Assembly (NCBI GenBank): GCA_016235455.1
Contig: JACRKZ010000137.1
Location: 1-17,740, forward strand
Direction of reading: 5' to 3'
Source: Armatimonadota bacterium
GTDB lineage: Bacteria > Armatimonadota > UBA10988
Length of the DNA: 17,740 nt
The stretch's first letter is position 1. Each line of letters starts with the position of its first letter. Under the pieces are notes generated by a model. That model was not told where the DNA came from. It saw nothing but the letters and a program-made list of their open reading frames with translations, and did no database searches. Shown here piece after piece: positions 14,301 through 17,740 of this stretch. The position numbers were made by a program, and so were the translations under genes.

Positions 14301-17300
14301 TCACGGCACTGCGTAGAACACACGCCGCAGCGCCTGACCGGCGAACGAGGCGACTTCAAGCTGGATGAAGACGCGCGAGCCCGGTTTGGGGCCGGCCGGC
14401 AAGGTCAGCCGGATGTTGCCTGACGCCTGCTCATCACCTTGCTCCTTGCGCACGGTGACGCCCAGATCGCCGGTACCGCGCGACTGCACAAGCCACCGCC
14501 GGCCGTCTATCTCGACGCCGCCCGCGGTCGACTCGACCCACACCTGCGTCATGACCGAGCAACTCTTGTTGTAGCCGCTGGCCGTGACCTTATCGACGCG
14601 TATGGTCACAGGCACCTCGATGGTCGCACCAGGCTCGACGGTGGTGGGCAGCGCCCCCCAGGTGACTGAACCCATACTCAGCATCGTCCGTCCCGCGAAG
14701 GTCTGCGTCTGGTCGAATGTGGCGCCGCCGGCGTCGCCGGTGATCTTGTTGCGGCAGGGCATGTCGGGGTTGTTGTCGGGCGCAGCCTGGGACTCGGTCT
14801 TGTCGGCGGTCTGCTGCCACTTGCCTGGCGCCACGGTCGCGGGCACGGCCCCTGAGGCGATCACCGCCACGCCTTCAGCCTGTCCGAACTCAGCCTTGGC
14901 GTCGTCGTTCCAGCCGATGACGCGTACGGTGTAGGTGCCGGTCCGGGCGAACCGGTGTCGCGCGTTGGGCTCCTTGGTGCGCACGGTCGCTGTGCCGTCG
15001 CCGAACTGCCAGGCATAGGACGCGCGAGGCGGGCCACCGACCGTGACGGCGGTGAAGGCCACCTCCTGGTTGGGCACGCCGGTCGCCTTGGGCGGCGCAA
15101 GCGCCAGGGCCGGACCAGCGCGCACGATGACCTCGACAGTGGCGGGCCTCGACCGCGCGTTGCTGGCCATGATGTACAGCATGTCGCCGGCCGCCACGTT
15201 CGCCTCGACGTCCTTGGTGGTGGTCTCGGCCGCGAAGCTGCCGAGCGCCTTGGTGCCCGCGGCTCGTCGGTTGCCCTTCAGCAGGAACACGTCAACGGCA
15301 GACATCGGCGGCAGTGCGCCGCGCAGGCTGACATGGACAGTACGAGGAGCGGCGCCATTGGGCTCGACGGCACAGCCCCAGAGCAGGACCGTGCCGTCGG
15401 CGGGTAGGGCGAAAACCTGACTGGTCTGGGTGCGGGCCAACGGCAGCCGATTGTTGCTGAAGCTACCCGCCTGCGTGCGTAGCGCCAGCCCATCGGCCAC
15501 CGGCTCCCAGACTTTGGTCCGGGGGTTCTGGGTGGCCAGCGGGCTGGTCGGATCGAAGAAGGCGTACGTGGCAAACCCGCGCAGCATCTGCTCCCAGGGC
15601 GTCTTCGAGCGCAACAGGTGGTTCTCGATCATCGAGAGCGTCACCGTGCGACCGTAGTCGTCGTCCGGGTTGTAGGTGCCCAGCATCTGGCTGGCAAGTT
15701 GTAGACTGCCGATGCTCAAGACATTGGCCGTCTCCATGGTCAGACAGCGCGACGTGCTGCTGTAGACGTGGTCGAAGAGCGACTTGAAGGAGATGCCCCG
15801 GCCGGTGAGGTAACGCAGCCAGTGCGCGGCAGCATACTCATGGTTGTCGTCGACGGTGTTCAGGCCCCGGCCAAAGAAGTCGGCTGGCAGCGGTGCAATG
15901 CGTGTCTTGCCGCGCCACACGGTGTCGGCGGCGTACTCCGCGGCGCACTCCACCCACCAGCGGCGCAGGCGAATGCTGATCAGGCTCCAGTATTCGGCTT
16001 CCACCGTATGGAACAACTCGTGCGCCGCCATGAGCCGGACCGACTCCGGCGTGGGGGGCGCGCCGCTGGCGGTGAGGTAGCCGCGCAGCGTCAACGCCAG
16101 GGTCCCGGTGCAGACGCTACGGTAGGAGTCGCCGGTGCCGCCGATGGCCACGTCGATACGAAAGGCCTCGGGCAGGCGGAAGCCCAGCCCGCGGTACTGC
16201 GCGTGGGCGTATTCAAGGGCCGCCTTGGCGTACTCGACGAACGCCGGCACGCCTGGCCGCCTCGGCAGCCGCGCGCCGCCCAGTGGATCGCGAGCGCCTT
16301 CGGCGGCCAGGGCCGCCAGCCAACTGGCGTCGTTGGTCTGTGCATTGCCTTGGAGCTCCCTGGCGCTGTAGCTCACGTCGAAGTGCTCGGTCTGGTCGAA
16401 GCTGAGCGTGAGGAAGCCGGTGGCGCGCCGGAAGAGGCCCCAGGGCGACAGATGGCGTGTGCGCACGGAGACGGTGTGCGCGACCGGATCGATGCGCGTT
16501 GGCACGTTCACCCACTCGCGCACTGCACTGTCCCAGTAGCCCACGCTCAGCGACTCGTCAGGTGATTGGCCGGCCGGGACGGCATCCGGAGGGTAGCCGA
16601 AGGTCAGGGTCAGCGGCTCCTCGAACCAACACTTATCGCCCAGGGTGACTTCCGCGCCCTGGAGCAGCGTCCAGCCGGGGCCAGGTGAGCCGGGCAGCGC
16701 GTCGAGCGATTTGATAGTTGGCTGCGCCGCGCCCGGCGGCGCGCTGACCGTCGGGAGGCCGTGCGGTGCCCCGCCCGGCAATGGCAGGACCGGCCGTGCA
16801 TCCTCGATCGGCCCCGCGTACAGCATCCTGACGGTGCCTACCAGGCTGTGGCCTTGGCCGGGGCAATCGCCGAAGTACATCCGCAGCCGCGCCAGATGGG
16901 CCTTGAGCGCCATGCTCGCGTCGGCTCGACCATCAATCCGCAGCGTGACACCGTCGTCCCGCACCTCCACCTCGACGGTGTGGTCAGAGTCGGCGGGCAC
17001 CGTCGCGCGCGACACCAGCAGATGCCACCCGTTGGTGGCTCGTTGCGGGGACTGCTGGCTTGGCTCGTAGAGCCAGAAGTTGACCTTGCCCTGGCTGTCG
17101 ATGAACAACAGATGCGCACCGGCCGGGGCTGCGCCGTCGCCCACCGTGTCGTAGAGGCCGCCCGGCTGGGTATAGCGCACCGCGAACCGCAAACGCGCGT
17201 CGCGCTCCGGATACGCGGGCTCAACGGGTAGCGCCGACTGAACGTCGCCGAGTCGCAGGACCAGATCCGCGCCGCGCAGTTCCGCGACGGACAGGCAGGA

Positions 17301-17345
17301 CAACACGACGCAGACACGCGCAGCGAGACACGCCCGGCTCTGCAT
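14301..17345 (-). CDS. Large secreted protein: LamG/concanavalin-like domain, HLS-motif domain, HExxH zinc metallopeptidase-like domain, PKD domain (1014 aa)
   Basis: ATG 17345 with GGAGGGG RBS and a signal-like N-terminus. HTVEVEVRDDGVTLRIDG is LamG-like. YWDSAVREW...VSVRTRHLSPWGL. AAHELFH...WWVECAAEY (HExxH plus a downstream Glu). YAWQFGDG...HRFARTGTYTV is a PKD signature. Confidence 0.85.
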   Translation of the reverse strand: MQSRACLAARVCVVLSCLSVAELRGADLVLRLGDVQSALPVEPAYPERDARLRFAVRYTQPGGLYDTVGDGAAPAGAHLLFIDSQGKVNFWLYEPSQQSPQRATNGWHLLVSRATVPADSDHTVEVEVRDDGVTLRIDGRADASMALKAHLARLRMYFGDCPGQGHSLVGTVRMLYAGPIEDARPVLPLPGGAPHGLPTVSAPPGAAQPTIKSLDALPGSPGPGWTLLQGAEVTLGDKCWFEEPLTLTFGYPPDAVPAGQSPDESLSVGYWDSAVREWVNVPTRIDPVAHTVSVRTRHLSPWGLFRRATGFLTLSFDQTEHFDVSYSARELQGNAQTNDASWLAALAAEGARDPLGGARLPRRPGVPAFVEYAKAALEYAHAQYRGLGFRLPEAFRIDVAIGGTGDSYRSVCTGTLALTLRGYLTASGAPPTPESVRLMAAHELFHTVEAEYWSLISIRLRRWWVECAAEYAADTVWRGKTRIAPLPADFFGRGLNTVDDNHEYAAAHWLRYLTGRGISFKSLFDHVYSSTSRCLTMETANVLSIGSLQLASQMLGTYNPDDDYGRTVTLSMIENHLLRSKTPWEQMLRGFATYAFFDPTSPLATQNPRTKVWEPVADGLALRTQAGSFSNNRLPLARTQTSQVFALPADGTVLLWGCAVEPNGAAPRTVHVSLRGALPPMSAVDVFLLKGNRRAAGTKALGSFAAETTTKDVEANVAAGDMLYIMASNARSRPATVEVIVRAGPALALAPPKATGVPNQEVAFTAVTVGGPPRASYAWQFGDGTATVRTKEPNARHRFARTGTYTVRVIGWNDDAKAEFGQAEGVAVIASGAVPATVAPGKWQQTADKTESQAAPDNNPDMPCRNKITGDAGGATFDQTQTFAGRTMLSMGSVTWGALPTTVEPGATIEVPVTIRVDKVTASGYNKSCSVMTQVWVESTAGGVEIDGRRWLVQSRGTGDLGVTVRKEQGDEQASGNIRLTLPAGPKPGSRVFIQLEVASFAGQALRRVFYAVP

Positions 17346-17442
17346 GGCACCCCTCCAGAACGGCAGAGGCTTCTTCGCGGCGTGATGCATTCCTGTCCGC
17401 AGGCCCGAAATACGCGCGACGCCCCTGCAATGGGCGACGGCT

Positions 17443-17458
17443 TGCAGCCGGCGTGCCC
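17443..17458 (-). promoter_or_regulatory. Possible sigma54 (-24/-12) promoter of the secreted metallopeptidase gene
   Basis: Minus strand GGGCACG-CCGG-CTGCA versus consensus TGGCACG-N4-TTGCW, with correct GG-N10-GC spacing, about 100 nt upstream of the ATG. Confidence 0.35.
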
Positions 17459-17502
17459 GTCTGGGGCGTGGCCACGGACGGCCAGGAGGCCGGCTCTGCC
17501 TC

Positions 17503-17740
17503 CTACTCCACCCGCTCAACCCGAATCACATGCCGCACCGGCACCACCGCCCGCGCGACGTCGGCGGCCAGCCGCGCATGCGTCGCCTCGGTCTCGGCGA
17601 CCACCTGGTCGGGATTGGCGCGGAACTCGGCGCTGTGGAAGCGCTCCTTGATCTGCGTCCGCTCAAAGGCCTGCTTGAGCCGCACAGCCTCGTCCACTCG
17701 GGCGAAGGCCGCGGCGAACGGGTTGTCGGGGAAGGCGTCG
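17503..17740 (-). CDS. 3' end of a gene truncated by the window edge; possibly the C-terminus of an SGNH/GDSL hydrolase-family protein
   Basis: Open frame from the window edge: DAFPDNPFAAAFARVDEAVRLKQAFERTQIKERFH...VPVRHVIRVERVE*. Codon usage is typical of real genes here. The family assignment is from recollection of similar C-termini and is weak. Confidence 0.6.
   Translation of the reverse strand, partial: DAFPDNPFAAAFARVDEAVRLKQAFERTQIKERFHSAEFRANPDQVVAETEATHARLAADVARAVVPVRHVIRVERVE

Noticed and set aside
17346-17519. ORF-track extension of the 1072-aa ORF
   Set aside because: It overlaps the upstream gene end, and the RBS and signal peptide point to ATG 17345.
1-17740. CRISPR array, tRNA, rRNA or IS element
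   Set aside because: No regularly spaced repeats, RNA gene signatures or transposase ORF were seen.

Overview
GC-rich bacterial DNA. The style of the prepilin/H-X9-DG gene suggests Armatimonadota or a PVC-like lineage, but this is an inference. The left part (150-7324) is an RHS/YD-repeat polymorphic toxin locus. It starts with a ~1370-codon RHS gene split by a 1-nt frameshift near 1097 and ending in a Cys-rich hydrophobic C-terminal tip, followed by a small membrane protein (candidate immunity). Next is an 'orphan' cassette: a 1.25-kb duplicate of the RHS 3' core fused to a secretory phospholipase A2-type tip, followed by a second membrane protein. The locus ends in a scrambled scar of four short RHS fragments. 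A GGGGACGC motif, hairpin-forming in two of three copies, sits just upstream of three of the downstream RHS pieces and may mark a cassette-shuffling mechanism. The right part holds a secreted protein of unknown function and a stand-alone error-prone DnaE2-type polymerase with a sigma70 promoter, a LexA-like palindrome and a 5-codon leader ORF. It also holds a divergent prepilin-type/H-X9-DG gene, a large secreted LamG + HLS-motif + HExxH metallopeptidase + PKD protein, and the 3' end of a truncated gene. All calls come from reading the sequence and recognising motifs; no database searches were run.
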